64,000 nucleotides of DNA, taken from contig CAXTYC010000001.1 of assembly GCA_964248365.1 (NCBI GenBank), positions 192,001 to 256,000 of the forward strand, given 5' to 3'. A model generated the notes under the pieces. It was not told the DNA's origin. It ran no database searches and saw only the letters and a program-made list of their open reading frames with translations. The position numbers were made by a program, and so were the translations under genes. Shown here one piece after another: positions 20,828 to 30,336 of the stretch (the first letter of the stretch is position 1; each line of letters opens with the position of its first letter). The stretch comes from an uncultured Chroococcidiopsis sp. GTDB taxonomy: Bacteria; Cyanobacteriota; Cyanobacteriia; Cyanobacteriales; Chroococcidiopsidaceae.

Positions 20828-21480
20828 GGCGTTTGAATTAACTCTTGGTCTTTTTTGCCTTGCAGTTGGGAATTCGATGCTGTTGCTACAACTGGCAAGT
20901 TAGTTTGTTTCTCTTGCCACAATAAACCCACTAGATGAATTACGGCAAGCAAAATCGCACTAACAGAGATGATATAACTGTGTATCGTATAGAGGTGTTC
21001 AACTGTTGTAGTGTTAATTGCTCCACCGCCAGTAATGATATCACGCAGCGTTGAACCAATTACAGGTATTGCTTCAATCGTGCTAAGCTCAATCCGAAAG
21101 CGCCAGTAACCTATTTGGCTCCAGTCTAAAATCATTGCCGTCCAGCCCAGAGCGATCGCATTTAAAATTAACAGAATATTGGCGATCCAGCCAGTCAGCC
21201 AACTGGTGCGATATTGCCTACCCAGAAACATCACCACCATTTGGATCAGCGCTACGCCAATTAGTAAATTCCCAGCCATATTGTGCAGACTGTGAATGAG
21301 TAAGCCATTAGGAACTTCAGAATCAATCCATTTCAAAGCTTGATAAGCCCCGCCTGCCACTGGCTCATAATAAAAAGACAGCAAAATGCCTGTAATAGCA
21401 GCGATCGCACTCAAAGTGATAATAGCAATTGATAAAACTGTTGCCATTCGCCGCAACATGAATTCATAGGACTTTTGCAT
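20824..21480 (-). CDS. Standalone cytochrome b/b6 N-terminal domain protein (PetB paralog)
   Basis: TGILLSFYYEP, W-x-T-G, LDWSQIGYW, IPVIG; three of the four canonical heme-ligating His. Confidence 0.85.
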   Translation of the reverse strand: MQKSYEFMLRRMATVLSIAIITLSAIAAITGILLSFYYEPVAGGAYQALKWIDSEVPNGLLIHSLHNMAGNLLIGVALIQMVVMFLGRQYRTSWLTGWIANILLILNAIALGWTAMILDWSQIGYWRFRIELSTIEAIPVIGSTLRDIITGGGAINTTTVEHLYTIHSYIISVSAILLAVIHLVGLLWQEKQTNLPVVATASNSQLQGKKDQELIQTP

Positions 21481-21700
21481 ACCACACTCTTGCCAACGCT
21501 TTCATATTCTTTACTTTTCTTAATATGATAGCGAAGCAATTAATACAAGAGTTCTTTCCGTAGACGTAAATCGAGGGGCTTTGGCGCGGGGGCGCTATAG
21601 CTAGAGGAATCAGAAAAAGGGAAAGGGGAAAAGGTAAAGGGTAAAGGGTAATTCGTAATTCGTAATTAATAATGCCCCTGGAGCCCCTAGTCCCTAGCCC

Positions 21701-22399
21701 CTAGCCCCTCATTAAATAAGACACCCAAGATGGTATAATCTGGGGGGAACCGTACCAAAGTCCTGGTGCTTTTGGCGAGTGTTTTACACCTTCTACAACT
21801 AAATTTTCTGCACCTGCTAGATGTGCCGCAGTAATGGGAGTAATACCATCACCCCAACAGTTACCCTGTCCGCAGGTTAACTGATAGCTGCTGTAAGCTA
21901 GCCAGCTACCGCGCCGCCGTTCGCCAAAAATACTTTTACCAGCCACACAAACATAGCGCACATCGGGGTAGAAAGCTCCAGGGTAGTTGTTATTAACAAA
22001 ATCAAGATTCCAGCGTGTCCAGCGTTCTTGGCTAATGTGGGGAGTTCCCAATGTGACGAGAGTGCTAACTAACTCGTGAGCTGACCAAAGGGATGGTTTT
22101 ATTTCACCACGTCCTAGGTACGGCTTTTCTCCCAGGTAAATACGAGAGATCCAACCTCCAGCAGAATGACCAATTAAGTTAATTTGAGAAGCATTATATT
22201 GCTGTAATATCTGCTTTACTGTACGGTCGAGTTGCTGCAAAATTGGCGTTACCGATCTTCCTCCCAAAGTAGGGAACCAATCTCGACGGCGCAGCGGTAC
22301 TACTGTTGTAGGAAAACCCATCTGTTGTAAAGATTGTTCTAGCTGACGGTAGGCGATCGCACTTTCTAGATATCCAGGCAGAATTACAGTAGGTAGCAT
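21701..22399 (-). CDS. Alpha/beta hydrolase (lipase/PGAP1-like)
   Basis: GHSAGG, TLGTPH, GDGITP, C-terminal His. Confidence 0.85.
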   Translation of the reverse strand: MLPTVILPGYLESAIAYRQLEQSLQQMGFPTTVVPLRRRDWFPTLGGRSVTPILQQLDRTVKQILQQYNASQINLIGHSAGGWISRIYLGEKPYLGRGEIKPSLWSAHELVSTLVTLGTPHISQERWTRWNLDFVNNNYPGAFYPDVRYVCVAGKSIFGERRRGSWLAYSSYQLTCGQGNCWGDGITPITAAHLAGAENLVVEGVKHSPKAPGLWYGSPQIIPSWVSYLMRG

Positions 22400-22654
22400 T
22401 GAGGGGCTAGGGGCTAGAGGCTGGGGGCTAGAGGATAAAAAATAAATAGGTAGTAAACAAGTATTTTAATACTACTTAACATTACGCAAGGGTAGGTAAG
22501 GAATAAAGTAGCCAGTGTATTGGTAGTTGCCCAACGATTGCGATTGACATACTAGTAAAGTGAGATATGAAACAGTGGAAATAACTAATTCCTTATTGTT
22601 TGTTCTTCCCACTCTTTCCCTAACCCCTAGCCCCTAGCCCCTAGCCCCTGACTT

Positions 22655-23368
22655 GTGGAAATCGGCACTTTATACGGTATCAGTGTGGGTCCTGGTGATC
22701 CAGAATTAATTACGCTTAAGGGACTGCGATCGCTTCAACAAGTGGCCATCGTTGCCTTTCCTGCTGGAGTTGAAGGTAAACTAGGCATGGCACAGCAGAT
22801 TATCTCCCCTTGGCTGAGTCAACAGCAGCAGCTGCTGGCTCTAAAATTTCCCTATGTGCAGGATATGACAGTACTAACTCAAGCTTGGACTGATGCAGCC
22901 GAGCAAGTTTGGAAATATTTACAACAAGGCTTGGATGTAGCTTTTGCCTGTGAGGGGGATATAAGTTTCTATAGCACCTTCACTTATTTAGCACAGACAT
23001 TACAAGAATTACACCCTGAAGCAGTTATAAAATTAGTGCCTGGAGTTTGTTCACCAATGGCAGCTGCATCGATCCTGGGATTACCTTTGACTATTCGCCA
23101 TCAGCGCTTGGTAGTACTGCCAGCACTTTATCACATCGGGGAATTGGAAGCTGTATTAGACTGGGCGGATGTGGTGGTACTAATGAAGGTGAGTTCAGTG
23201 TATGAACAAGTATGGAAAGTATTGGAGCGAAGGGCAATACTTAGCCATAGCTGGGTAGTAGAACGGGCAACATTACCGGATATGGTAATTCATGCAGATT
23301 TAAGCGATCGCCCCTTGCTCAAATTACCCTACTTCTCGCTCCTAATTGTCCAAGTTACAAGGAGCTAG
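22655..23368 (+). CDS. cobI: Precorrin-2 C20-methyltransferase
   Basis: GISVGPGDPELITLKG, EGDISFYSTF, PGVCS, LPYFS. Confidence 0.92.
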   Translation: MEIGTLYGISVGPGDPELITLKGLRSLQQVAIVAFPAGVEGKLGMAQQIISPWLSQQQQLLALKFPYVQDMTVLTQAWTDAAEQVWKYLQQGLDVAFACEGDISFYSTFTYLAQTLQELHPEAVIKLVPGVCSPMAAASILGLPLTIRHQRLVVLPALYHIGELEAVLDWADVVVLMKVSSVYEQVWKVLERRAILSHSWVVERATLPDMVIHADLSDRPLLKLPYFSLLIVQVTRS

Positions 23369-23512
23369 TATCAATTTTAGTACATAGTAGCGATTAACAA
23401 TTAGCGGTCTTTGATGAGTAATTAGCCATCATTGGTTAATATTTATGGATACTAACAACAAATTAATAGATAAAAAGCTAAAAGCGCGCCAGCTAAAAGC
23501 TAACAGCTAAAT

Positions 23513-25009
23513 ATGTCCTACTCGTCTCTAATTCAATCTTTGCCAGAAGTTTGGCGTTCTTCCAGTGGATTAGCTGCCCTAGCTTCTTTGGGAATTCACG
23601 GGTTACTCCTAGCCTTCTTACCATTTGTGTCATTAGATTCTCCAGATGAGCAGTTGCCGCAAAATGTCCCAGTTGTAGCATTAACGCCAGAAGAACAAAG
23701 TCGCCTGCCCCAAGTAGTACCGCAAGGAGTACCCACTCAAACTACAATTCCATCTACTGCTATAGGACAGAGTAATTTACCACCCTTACCACCATCAAAT
23801 CCGGCTGTTGGATCAGATATCTTACCGCCTCTACCACCAACACCCACTTTCTTGCCACCACCGCCCCCAGTAAACACACCAACTTACCAGTATCCCATCA
23901 GCAATTCTCCGCCTCCATCCCAAATTCCAACTGTTCCAATCCCCTTACCTCCACCTGCTGAGAATCGTTCATTTGTTTCTCAGTATCCGCCTGATCAATT
24001 GCCCCCGCCAGAACCAAATCAAACTATTAGAAACCAGCCGTTACCACCTTTACCACCCTCCGCAGTTCCTCCTAGTCCAACTTTACCTTCTACTACCCAA
24101 CTCAAAAGAAGTGAATTTTCTCCTCCCACAGCTAACCAACCATCGATCCCACAGCCCAACACCGATCAAAGCCAAAATCAAGTTGCTATAAATAATCGCA
24201 CCAATGGGCAAAGACAGCTCTTAACTCCGCCCTCGCTTCCTGAACGGACAAAACAAGAGCTAATAGCACGCCGGAATGTAGTTAGTAGAGAAAGATCTGC
24301 TAACAGCATTGTTACCCCTAATAGCGATCGCCAACGCCTAGCAGCCCTCTTGCAACGCCGACGGCAACAAAAGAGCGATCCCACTAACGCCCCCACTAGT
24401 AACAGCCAACGTCTAGCAGCCCTCTTGCAACGCCAACGGCATCCACAGCAACCACAAAGCGATCGCACTTCTGCCAATAGCGACAGCCAACGTCTAGCAG
24501 CCCTCTTGCAACGTCGCCAGCAACAACAGCAACCACAAAGCGATCGCACTTCTACCAATAGCGACAGCCAACGTCTAGCAGCCCTCCTGCAACGCCGCCA
24601 GCAACAACCAAACCCTGCTTCTACTCCTAGCCCATTATCTAGGTCAACGACACAAACTATTGCCCAAATAGACGCTTTTAAGGAGCAGCAACACAGAGCC
24701 TTGCAAGCTTCTCCCACAGCTACAATAGGACGACCAATCCGCTACAAAATTAAAACGTGTAACAAGCAACTTGATGGTGGTGTTGCTGTATTGGCAGCAC
24801 TAGTAAACTCAGACGGTAAGATTATCTCTGGACCTGAATTGCTGTCAAAAAATAGCTCGCCTGATATCGGGCGGGCTGCTAAAACATTTGTTAAAGAATA
24901 TTCATTTCCCAAAACTGCTAACCCTGTGAATCAATCATTTCGCTTGGACTTCAGTTACGACTCTAAAAGTTGTCGAGCAAACACTAAACAGCCTCGATCT
25001 AATTCGTAA
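23513..25009 (+). CDS. Proline-rich membrane-anchored protein with TonB-like architecture and internal repeats
   Basis: N-terminal TM with SxxxH (SLGIH), long Pro-rich linker, four SQRLAALLQRR repeats, compact C-terminal domain with two Cys. Confidence 0.6.
   Translation: MSYSSLIQSLPEVWRSSSGLAALASLGIHGLLLAFLPFVSLDSPDEQLPQNVPVVALTPEEQSRLPQVVPQGVPTQTTIPSTAIGQSNLPPLPPSNPAVGSDILPPLPPTPTFLPPPPPVNTPTYQYPISNSPPPSQIPTVPIPLPPPAENRSFVSQYPPDQLPPPEPNQTIRNQPLPPLPPSAVPPSPTLPSTTQLKRSEFSPPTANQPSIPQPNTDQSQNQVAINNRTNGQRQLLTPPSLPERTKQELIARRNVVSRERSANSIVTPNSDRQRLAALLQRRRQQKSDPTNAPTSNSQRLAALLQRQRHPQQPQSDRTSANSDSQRLAALLQRRQQQQQPQSDRTSTNSDSQRLAALLQRRQQQPNPASTPSPLSRSTTQTIAQIDAFKEQQHRALQASPTATIGRPIRYKIKTCNKQLDGGVAVLAALVNSDGKIISGPELLSKNSSPDIGRAAKTFVKEYSFPKTANPVNQSFRLDFSYDSKSCRANTKQPRSNS
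24320..24610 (+). repeat. Four coding tandem repeats with a period of about 75-81 bp
   Basis: Core CCAACG(C/T)CTAGCAGCCCTC(T/C)TGCAACG recurs four times. Confidence 0.9.
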
Positions 25010-25245
25010 TTAGCTGTTAGCTATTAGCTATTAGCTGTTAGCTAATTTGGTAATTGGTAATTGGTAGTTGGTAGTTGATGAAAGGGAAAAGGTAAAAGGT
25101 GAAAGGTAAAGGTGAAAGGGTAAAGGGTAAAGGGTAAGGGTAATTTCTCCCCATCTCCCCCTCTCCCACTCTCCCCATCTCCCCCTCTCCCGCTCTCCCA
25201 CTCTCCCACTCTCCCTAGCCCCTAGCCCCTAGCCCCTAGCCCCTT
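25010..25245. repeat. STRR mosaic (TTAGCTA, TTGGTAA, AAAGGGT, CTCTCCCA, CCCTAGC)
   Basis: The intergenic region consists almost entirely of consecutive blocks of different 7-8-mers. Confidence 0.9.
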
Positions 25246-25249
25246 CGGT

Positions 25250-26275
25250 ATGACAGAACATTCTGATTTCGCGTTTGTGCTGCATTCGTGTGCTGATAGA
25301 TTATTTGAGCTAATTGATCGTTTTAGTCAAGCACGGGTGTTGGTAGTAGGGGATTTGACGCTAGACGAGTTTATCACTGGTCAGGTGGAACGGATTTCTA
25401 GGGAAGCACCAGTATTAATTTTGCGCCATGAAACTACCACTCGATCGCCTGGGGGCGGTGCGAATGCCGTCTCTAATCTGGCTTCGCTGGGGGCGATCGT
25501 CAAAGCAGTGGGACTATTAGGTAAAGATGAACAAGGGCGATCGCTGCGACAAATTTTAGACGACTCTGGTATTAATACTGGAGGTGTTTTGATCGATCCA
25601 GACCGTCCAACAGTTACTAAAACCAGGATTTCGGGACACTCTCGTCAATCTGTCACTCAGCAAATTGTCCGTTTAGATCGCAAATCTGATTCTTTGCCAG
25701 ATTTAAATTTACAAAGCCAACTGGCAGAATATATCCGATCGCAAGTGAATTCGGTTGATGCAGTTGTCTGCTCTGATTATGGCGATGGCGTTCTAACTGC
25801 GCCCCTGATCGAAGCTGCTTTGTCCCATCCTAGGACTATTGTGGATACTCAGAAGCAACTGGGGCGCTATCTGGGCGCTACCTTGTTTACTCCAAATCTG
25901 CCAGAAGCAGAAAAAGCGGTAGGCTATGCAATTACTAATCCTCAAACGCTGACTAGAGCAGGTAAAGATTTGCTAAAACTAACCCAGGCAAAGCAAATAC
26001 TGATCACAAGGGGTGAACAGGGGATGAGTTTATTTGATCCTACTGGCAATGAACAACACATCCCAGCGTTTAACCGAACAAAGGTGTTTGACGTGACAGG
26101 GGCGGGAGATACAGTAGTAGCAGCGCTGACACTGGGGTTAATAGCTGGCGCTTCGTTTTGGGAAGCAGCCATTTTGGGAAATTTGGCTGCAAGTATTGTA
26201 GTAAGGCAGTTTGGTACGACTACGACGAGTACATCCCAGATGAAGGCAGCTTTACAGGGGTTGTTGGAAGGATAA
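25250..26275 (+). CDS. rfaE: D-glycero-beta-D-manno-heptose-7-phosphate kinase (PfkB family, RfaE domain I)
   Basis: GDLTLDEF, RISREAPV, GGGANA, SDYGDG, TPNLPE, DVTGAGDT. Confidence 0.88.
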   Translation: MTEHSDFAFVLHSCADRLFELIDRFSQARVLVVGDLTLDEFITGQVERISREAPVLILRHETTTRSPGGGANAVSNLASLGAIVKAVGLLGKDEQGRSLRQILDDSGINTGGVLIDPDRPTVTKTRISGHSRQSVTQQIVRLDRKSDSLPDLNLQSQLAEYIRSQVNSVDAVVCSDYGDGVLTAPLIEAALSHPRTIVDTQKQLGRYLGATLFTPNLPEAEKAVGYAITNPQTLTRAGKDLLKLTQAKQILITRGEQGMSLFDPTGNEQHIPAFNRTKVFDVTGAGDTVVAALTLGLIAGASFWEAAILGNLAASIVVRQFGTTTTSTSQMKAALQGLLEG

Positions 26276-26323
26276 GATAAACGAACCGCACTCGACGCGC
26301 TCGTACGCAAGGGAGGAGAGGAG

Positions 26324-27538
26324 ATGACGGGACAAGGGGACAGAAGAAAGCTGGGGGAGCAAGAGGGGATGGGGGAGCAAAAAGAAAATTCTTCTCTTTG
26401 CGCCTTTGCACCGGACACTTTGCTCAACGGGGGGAACCCCCGCACGCAAGTGTCCTCGTCTTTGCGCGACCAAAATCCAAAATCCAAAATCTTAGTAACG
26501 GGTGGTGCAGGTTTTATTGGCTCGAATTTTGTTCATCATTGGTGTAATGTTTACCCGAATGACCGAGTGGTAGTGCTCGATGCGCTGACTTATGCTGGAA
26601 ATCGAAGCAATTTGGAGGGTTTAGACGGGAAAAATTTTCGTTTTGTACAGGGGGATATAGGCGATCGCTCTCTTGTCGATCAGTTGCTTGCGGCAGAAGA
26701 TATCAACATTATTGCCCATTTTGCGGCTGAATCTCATGTCGATCGCTCTATTTTAAAACCTGGGGCTTTTATTCAAACGAATGTAGTCGGAACTTTCACC
26801 CTACTAGAAGCTTTTCGTCAACACTGGGAGGCTAATGGTAAGCCAGCCGAATACCGTTTTCTCCACGTTTCTACTGATGAAGTTTACGGTAGTCTCGGTG
26901 TGAATGATCCTGCTTTTACTGAAACTACACCCTATGCCCCTAATAGTCCATATTCAGCATCTAAAGCTGGTAGCGATCACTTAGTTCGAGCCTATTATCA
27001 TACCTATGGCTTGCCGACAATTATTACTAATTGCTCTAATAATTATGGTCCTTATCAGTTTCCAGAAAAGCTGATTCCCCTAATGTGTATCAATATTTTA
27101 ATGGGCAAATCACTACCTGTTTATGGTGATGGGCAAAATGTCCGAGATTGGCTCTATGTGGGCGATCATTGTAGTGCATTAGATGTAGTAATCAGGGGTG
27201 GTAAGCCTGGTGAAACTTACAACATTGGTGGCAATAATGAAGTTAAAAATATCGAAATTGTTAAAATGTTGTGCCAATTGATGGATGAATTAGCTCCCGA
27301 TTTACCTGTGTCTCCTTCTCATCAGCTAATGACTTTTGTTAAAGATCGCCCTGGACACGATCGCCGATATGCTATTAATGCCAATAAAATTAAAACTCAA
27401 CTGAGTTGGACACCCGCAGTAACTGTACAATACGGGTTACGACAAACAGTTGAATGGTATTTATCTCACCGCGAATGGTGGCAACCTCTACTTTCCCCAG
27501 AGTATAAAGCTTACTATCAAAAGGTTTATGTTAGCTAG
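26324..27538 (+). CDS. rfbB: dTDP-glucose 4,6-dehydratase; start uncertain, N-terminal extension is repeat-derived
   Basis: TGGAGFIGSN, HFAAESHVDRS, STDEVYG, YSASK, DRPGHDRRY. Confidence 0.95.
   Translation: MTGQGDRRKLGEQEGMGEQKENSSLCAFAPDTLLNGGNPRTQVSSSLRDQNPKSKILVTGGAGFIGSNFVHHWCNVYPNDRVVVLDALTYAGNRSNLEGLDGKNFRFVQGDIGDRSLVDQLLAAEDINIIAHFAAESHVDRSILKPGAFIQTNVVGTFTLLEAFRQHWEANGKPAEYRFLHVSTDEVYGSLGVNDPAFTETTPYAPNSPYSASKAGSDHLVRAYYHTYGLPTIITNCSNNYGPYQFPEKLIPLMCINILMGKSLPVYGDGQNVRDWLYVGDHCSALDVVIRGGKPGETYNIGGNNEVKNIEIVKMLCQLMDELAPDLPVSPSHQLMTFVKDRPGHDRRYAINANKIKTQLSWTPAVTVQYGLRQTVEWYLSHREWWQPLLSPEYKAYYQKVYVS
26398..26470. repeat. Dispersed hairpin repeat; second copy at about 34341-34408
   Basis: TTTGCA(C)CGGACACTTTGCTCAA...GTGTCCT(C/T)GTCTTTGCGCGA shared by both sites; GGACAC/GTGTCC arms. 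Confidence 0.75.
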
Positions 27539-27723
27539 CTGGATTTAAGAATGTTAAGGTATTCACCAAAATTGAGATCAGTGTGAATAAAAGCAGCACT
27601 CATACGAGCAATGAAATGTTAGATGTCGTACCTTTCAAAAGCATTTAGATAGCGTAGTATCTTAATTAAAACTTACAATTCCAGATTAGGCGGAATTCAT
27701 GTTCTGGAATATAAGACACACCA

Positions 27724-27966
27724 TCACCAAGCTTCACAGCCTACAGAACTACCAGTGTCTACCTCAGTATGAAGATTTTCTGGCGGAACTCCTGCAAGTA
27801 GTTCTTCAAGGTTATATTTCTTAGGCTCAGGTGTGACAACCAATCTACCTTCTGATACGCTAATACCTACATCTGTATCTTCTTTTAAATGAGCTTTTTG
27901 GGCAAGCTCTTTGGGAATGCGAAGGATAAAACTATCTCCCCACTTTTCAACTACTTGGGAGTACAT
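27724..27966 (-). CDS. AbrB/MazE-family antitoxin (orphan)
   Basis: KWGDSFILRIPK, YNLEELL, H.EVDTG..VG.E.W; only a few codons resembling a MazF start (VSYIPE) follow. Confidence 0.88.
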   Translation of the reverse strand: MYSQVVEKWGDSFILRIPKELAQKAHLKEDTDVGISVSEGRLVVTPEPKKYNLEELLAGVPPENLHTEVDTGSSVGCEAW

Positions 27967-28061
27967 ATTTTTTAGTGCGTCTTTAGAAGTATAATATTAT
28001 ACTTCTAAAGACGCAATGCGAGTCTGGAATTTCCTCTGTGTCCCATGCATTTTTTGCAGTT

Positions 28062-28586
28062 TTACCCACCCATCACTTGGGGGTAAGTGGTGTACAAAAA
28101 TACACCTACAGTTGCGATCGCCAACACCCCCTGAATTAAATTCCCCACCAACGAACCTACTACAATCCCCACTCCAGCCTTCAGTGCTAGCCCCAGATCG
28201 CGCTGATATAGGTATTCTCCCAAAAACGCGCCAAGTAGTGGTCCGATTAAAATCCCCAGTAATGGTCCTCCAACGGGCAGTGCTGGTAATAAACCAAGAA
28301 TTCCCACCAACAAGCCAACAAAAGCGCCAATTTGCCCCCATTTACTAGCTCCTGCACGTTTCGCACCCCAATAAGTAGCCAAAAAGTCAATTCCTACACT
28401 GAGCAGCAAAACGGCGATCGTGACAATTAATGGTATAGTTACAAGACTCAAGGAACCGCTAACAAATCCCCAAATTACAATCGCAACCAAAATCAAGCTA
28501 GTGCCTGGAATTGTAGGTACAACAGCGCCGATAATGCCAACAACCATTACAGCAACTAGGAGCCAGTAGACGTAGACAATTGACAT
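28062..28586 (-). CDS. DUF456-family membrane protein
   Basis: VVPTIPG, GAKRAGASKWG, GPLLGAFLGE. Confidence 0.85.
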   Translation of the reverse strand: MSIVYVYWLLVAVMVVGIIGAVVPTIPGTSLILVAIVIWGFVSGSLSLVTIPLIVTIAVLLLSVGIDFLATYWGAKRAGASKWGQIGAFVGLLVGILGLLPALPVGGPLLGILIGPLLGAFLGEYLYQRDLGLALKAGVGIVVGSLVGNLIQGVLAIATVGVFLYTTYPQVMGG

Positions 28587-28647
28587 AATGGGTAATCGAT
28601 AATTGGTAATGGGTAATTGTCTTGTTATTCCCCAAGTTTATTACTTT

Positions 28648-29316
28648 TTACCCGTTCGCGTTGCCAATATTATTCAAATAAGTGTTGAGTGTTACATCTA
28701 ATTTATCTGCAATTCCAGCAATCCAAGTTTCATCTTGCTTGGTATAACTGCGCGGAGCATTAGCTGCTAAGATCAACACACCTTTTTCACCAATCGGCTG
28801 GCAAATTACTCCTTGAGTATTTTCTGGTAAATAATCAAATTCAACTCGCCCTGGATATATTTTCAAATCTACCAGGTAGACAGGTTTGTGTTTTTCCAGC
28901 ACCCGCTGCAAAATTGCTCCTGGTTTCACCTGGGATTTAGCAGGTAAAATGCCCCGTCGTAGAAGTACTTTTTCTTGATAATAAACCAGTAGCGATCGCG
29001 TGGCTGTATTAGTTAACAACAGATGGGATGCCCAAGCTAGCTCTATTCTCACAGGCTGGGGTAAAAACTGTTCTAGCTCAAACTTTTCTTGTCCGACAAG
29101 TTGGACTGCATCAGGCGATCGCGGTGCAACTTGCTGCCACAATAAACCAGTCAAAATCAACAACGCACATAATATCACACCCAGCGCATCCGATCTAGCT
29201 TGAGCATCAGTCAACCCACTTGTTAACAACCGATTTATCAGCAGCAAGACACCACCCAACCCACCTACTACAATGGGTAAGCGCCGCAAAACTCGATTTG
29301 GATCAGGTTTAGCCAT
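28648..29316 (-). CDS. Cofactor assembly of complex C subunit B (CCB2/CCB4-like)
   Basis: Two N-terminal TMs, ELAWASHLLLTNT, YPGRVEFDYLP, GAF-like C-terminus; directly downstream of rpaB. Confidence 0.75.
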   Translation of the reverse strand: MAKPDPNRVLRRLPIVVGGLGGVLLLINRLLTSGLTDAQARSDALGVILCALLILTGLLWQQVAPRSPDAVQLVGQEKFELEQFLPQPVRIELAWASHLLLTNTATRSLLVYYQEKVLLRRGILPAKSQVKPGAILQRVLEKHKPVYLVDLKIYPGRVEFDYLPENTQGVICQPIGEKGVLILAANAPRSYTKQDETWIAGIADKLDVTLNTYLNNIGNANG

Positions 29317-29431
29317 ATTTTAGAAGGGACTAGGGATTAGGGGCTAGGGGCGAGGGAAATAATTTGTAATTCGTAATTGTTTTTTGCTCCCCCAGCTCCC
29401 CACAGCGAAAGAAAGCTCCCCCAGCTCTCCA

Positions 29432-30160
29432 TTACTCCTCTCCTGGTTCAATAATTCGTTGAAATAGATAGCCAGTACCCCTGGCGGTGAGAATTAACTC
29501 TGGATTACTTGGATCGTCTTCCAATTTTGCCCTGAGGCGCGAAATGTGAACATCTACTACCCTAGTATCTACGTGTCGTTCTGGGGTATATCCCCACACC
29601 TCTTGTAAAATTTCCGAGCGAGAAAAAGCTTCTCCTGAGCGACTTACTAGCAGTTCTAGTAAGCTAAACTCCATCCCAGTCAGCCGAATCCGCTCATCGC
29701 CTTTGTAGACTTGCCGCTTGTTGGTGTCAATTTTTATACTAGACACCTGAATTACACCAGAACTGGGAATTCCTGATGCACCAGTTTTGTCTACTCGCCG
29801 CAATACCGAGCGAATCCTAGCTTCTAGCTCTTTGGGGGAAAATGGTTTAACTACATAATCATCAGCACCTAGCTCTAGCCCGGTGATGCGATCAGCTACA
29901 TCTCCCAATGCTGTTAGCATAATAATAGGTACATCAGATTCCTTACGTAGTTCTTGACATACACCGTAGCCATCCAGCTTCGGCATCATTACATCTAAGA
30001 CTACCAAGTCTGGATCAGCTTTGCGAAATGTATCTAAGGCTTCTTCGCCATCAGCAGCTGTCACGACATCATAACCAATCATCGACAGCCGCGTTTCCAA
30101 AATGCGGCGAATGCTGGCTTCATCATCCACTACCAGGATTTTTTCTTTATGGCTTTCCAA
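29432..30160 (-). CDS. rpaB: OmpR-family response regulator RpaB (Ycf27)
   Basis: KEKILVVDDEASIRRILETRLSMIGY, WGYTPERHVDTRVVDVHISRLR; divergent from radA. Confidence 0.96.
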   Translation of the reverse strand: MESHKEKILVVDDEASIRRILETRLSMIGYDVVTAADGEEALDTFRKADPDLVVLDVMMPKLDGYGVCQELRKESDVPIIMLTALGDVADRITGLELGADDYVVKPFSPKELEARIRSVLRRVDKTGASGIPSSGVIQVSSIKIDTNKRQVYKGDERIRLTGMEFSLLELLVSRSGEAFSRSEILQEVWGYTPERHVDTRVVDVHISRLRAKLEDDPSNPELILTARGTGYLFQRIIEPGEE

Positions 30161-30336
30161 ACTTCTTAGCGCTCCTTGAATGAAAATTTAGAAGATTAAA
30201 TTTTAGTACCATACATTAATTATTTTATCTCATGGAGTAGTTGTAAAAAAGCCAGAATTCCTACCATGTCTGACTTCCAGGCTTTGTAAAAGTTTGCGAA
30301 ATGTGAAGATTATTTAACTTATTTAACTAATAACTA

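Noticed and set aside
24320..24610. 75-81-bp periodic repeats as a CRISPR array, and the antisense ORF 24178-24717
   Set aside because: In-frame coding repeats with related linkers; the Cys/Arg-rich antisense ORF is a shadow of the repeat
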